Assembly: GCA_002269645.1 (NCBI GenBank)
Contig: NIVC01002629.1
Span: 1 to 64,000 of the forward strand
Direction: 5' to 3'
DNA from: Macrostomum lignano
Lineage: Eukaryota
DNA: 64,000 nt
The notes under the pieces were generated by a model. It was not told the origin of the DNA. It worked only from the letters and a program-made list of their open reading frames with translations, and ran no database searches. Positions 63,079-64,000 of this stretch are shown here, one piece after another; within the stretch, counting starts at the first letter, position 1, and every line of letters begins with the position of its first letter. A program made the translations under genes and the position numbers.

Positions 63079-64000
63079 TGTACTTTAGTATTCTTGTCAG
63101 AGTGTACTTCAGTATTCTTGTCAGAGTGTACTTCAGTATTGTCAAAGTGTACTTCAGTATTCTTGTCAAAGTGTACTTCTCAGTATTCTTGTCAGAGTGT
63201 ACTTTAGTATTCTTGTCAGAGTGTACTTTAGTATTCTTGTCAGAGTGTACTTCAGTATTCTTGTCAAAGTGTACTTCAGTATTCTTGTCAAAGTGTACTT
63301 CAGTATTCTTGTCAAAGTGTACTTCAGTATTCTTGTCAAAGTGTACTTCTCAGTATTCTTGTCAGAGTGTACTTTAGTATTCTTGTCAGAGTGTACTTCA
63401 GTATTCTTGTCAAAGTGTACTTCAGTATTCTTGTCAAAGTGTACTTCTCAGTATTCTTGTCAGAGTGTACTTCAGTATTCTTGTCAGAGTGTACTTCAGT
63501 ATTCTTGTCAGAGTGTACTTCAGTATTCTTGTCAGAGTGTACTTCAGTATTCTTGTCAGAGTGTACTTCAGTATTCTTGTCAGAGTGTACTTCAGTATTC
63601 TTGTCAGAGTGTACTTTAGTATTCTTGTCAGAGTGTACTTCAGTATTCTTGTCAGAGTGTACTTCAGTATTGTCAAAGTGTACTTCAGTATTCTTGTCAA
63701 AGTGTACTTCTCAGTATTCTTGTCAGAGTGTACTTTAGTATTCTTGTCAGAGTGTACTTTAGTATTCTTGTCAGAGTGTACTTCAGTATTCTTGTCAAAG
63801 TGTACTTCAGTATTCTTGTCAAAGTGTACTTCAGTATTCTTGTCAAAGTGTACTTCAGTATTCTTGTCAAAGTGTACTTCTCAGTATTCTTGTCAGAGTG
63901 TACTTTAGTATTCTTGTCAGAGTGTACTTCAGTATTCTTGTCAAAGTGTACTTCAGTATTCTTGTCAAAGTGTACTTCTCAGTATTCTTGTCAGAGTGTA
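63079..64000. repeat. 24-bp intronic minisatellite running off the window
   Basis: Unit GTGTACTTCAGTATTCTTGTCAGA. Confidence 0.96.

Overview
Eukaryotic (animal) genomic DNA with spliceosomal introns, GC-rich coding exons and about 27 unrelated tandem-repeat arrays covering roughly 30 kb, including one ~13 kb 17-bp satellite. The style suggests a flatworm long-read assembly such as Macrostomum; this is an inference only. Genes read from the sequence: (1) an ARL6/BBS3 GTPase, 5'-truncated and carrying several indels (+, 2-516); (2) an intronless four-TM tetraspanin-like gene (+, 6351-7444, one frameshift); (3) a two-exon nanos gene (-, 10260-9540, one frameshift in zinc finger 2) with two perfect Pumilio elements in its 3' UTR; (4) a complete PKA catalytic subunit gene (-, stop at 14769); (5) a small orphan ORF resembling a SelW/Rdx fold without CxxC (+, 37673-37993); (6) the first exons of RICTOR (+, 62481-63065, continuing beyond the window). 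The most striking structure is in the PKA gene. It has two 127-nt, same-phase, mutually exclusive versions of the catalytic-loop (YRDLKPEN) exon, a GC-AG intron, at least three alternative phase-1 N-terminal exons, and Ala at the turn-motif Ser338 position. Most long ORFs in the track are repeat artefacts. No CRISPR array, rRNA or intact tRNA was seen. All coordinates were worked out by hand; repeat boundaries are approximate.
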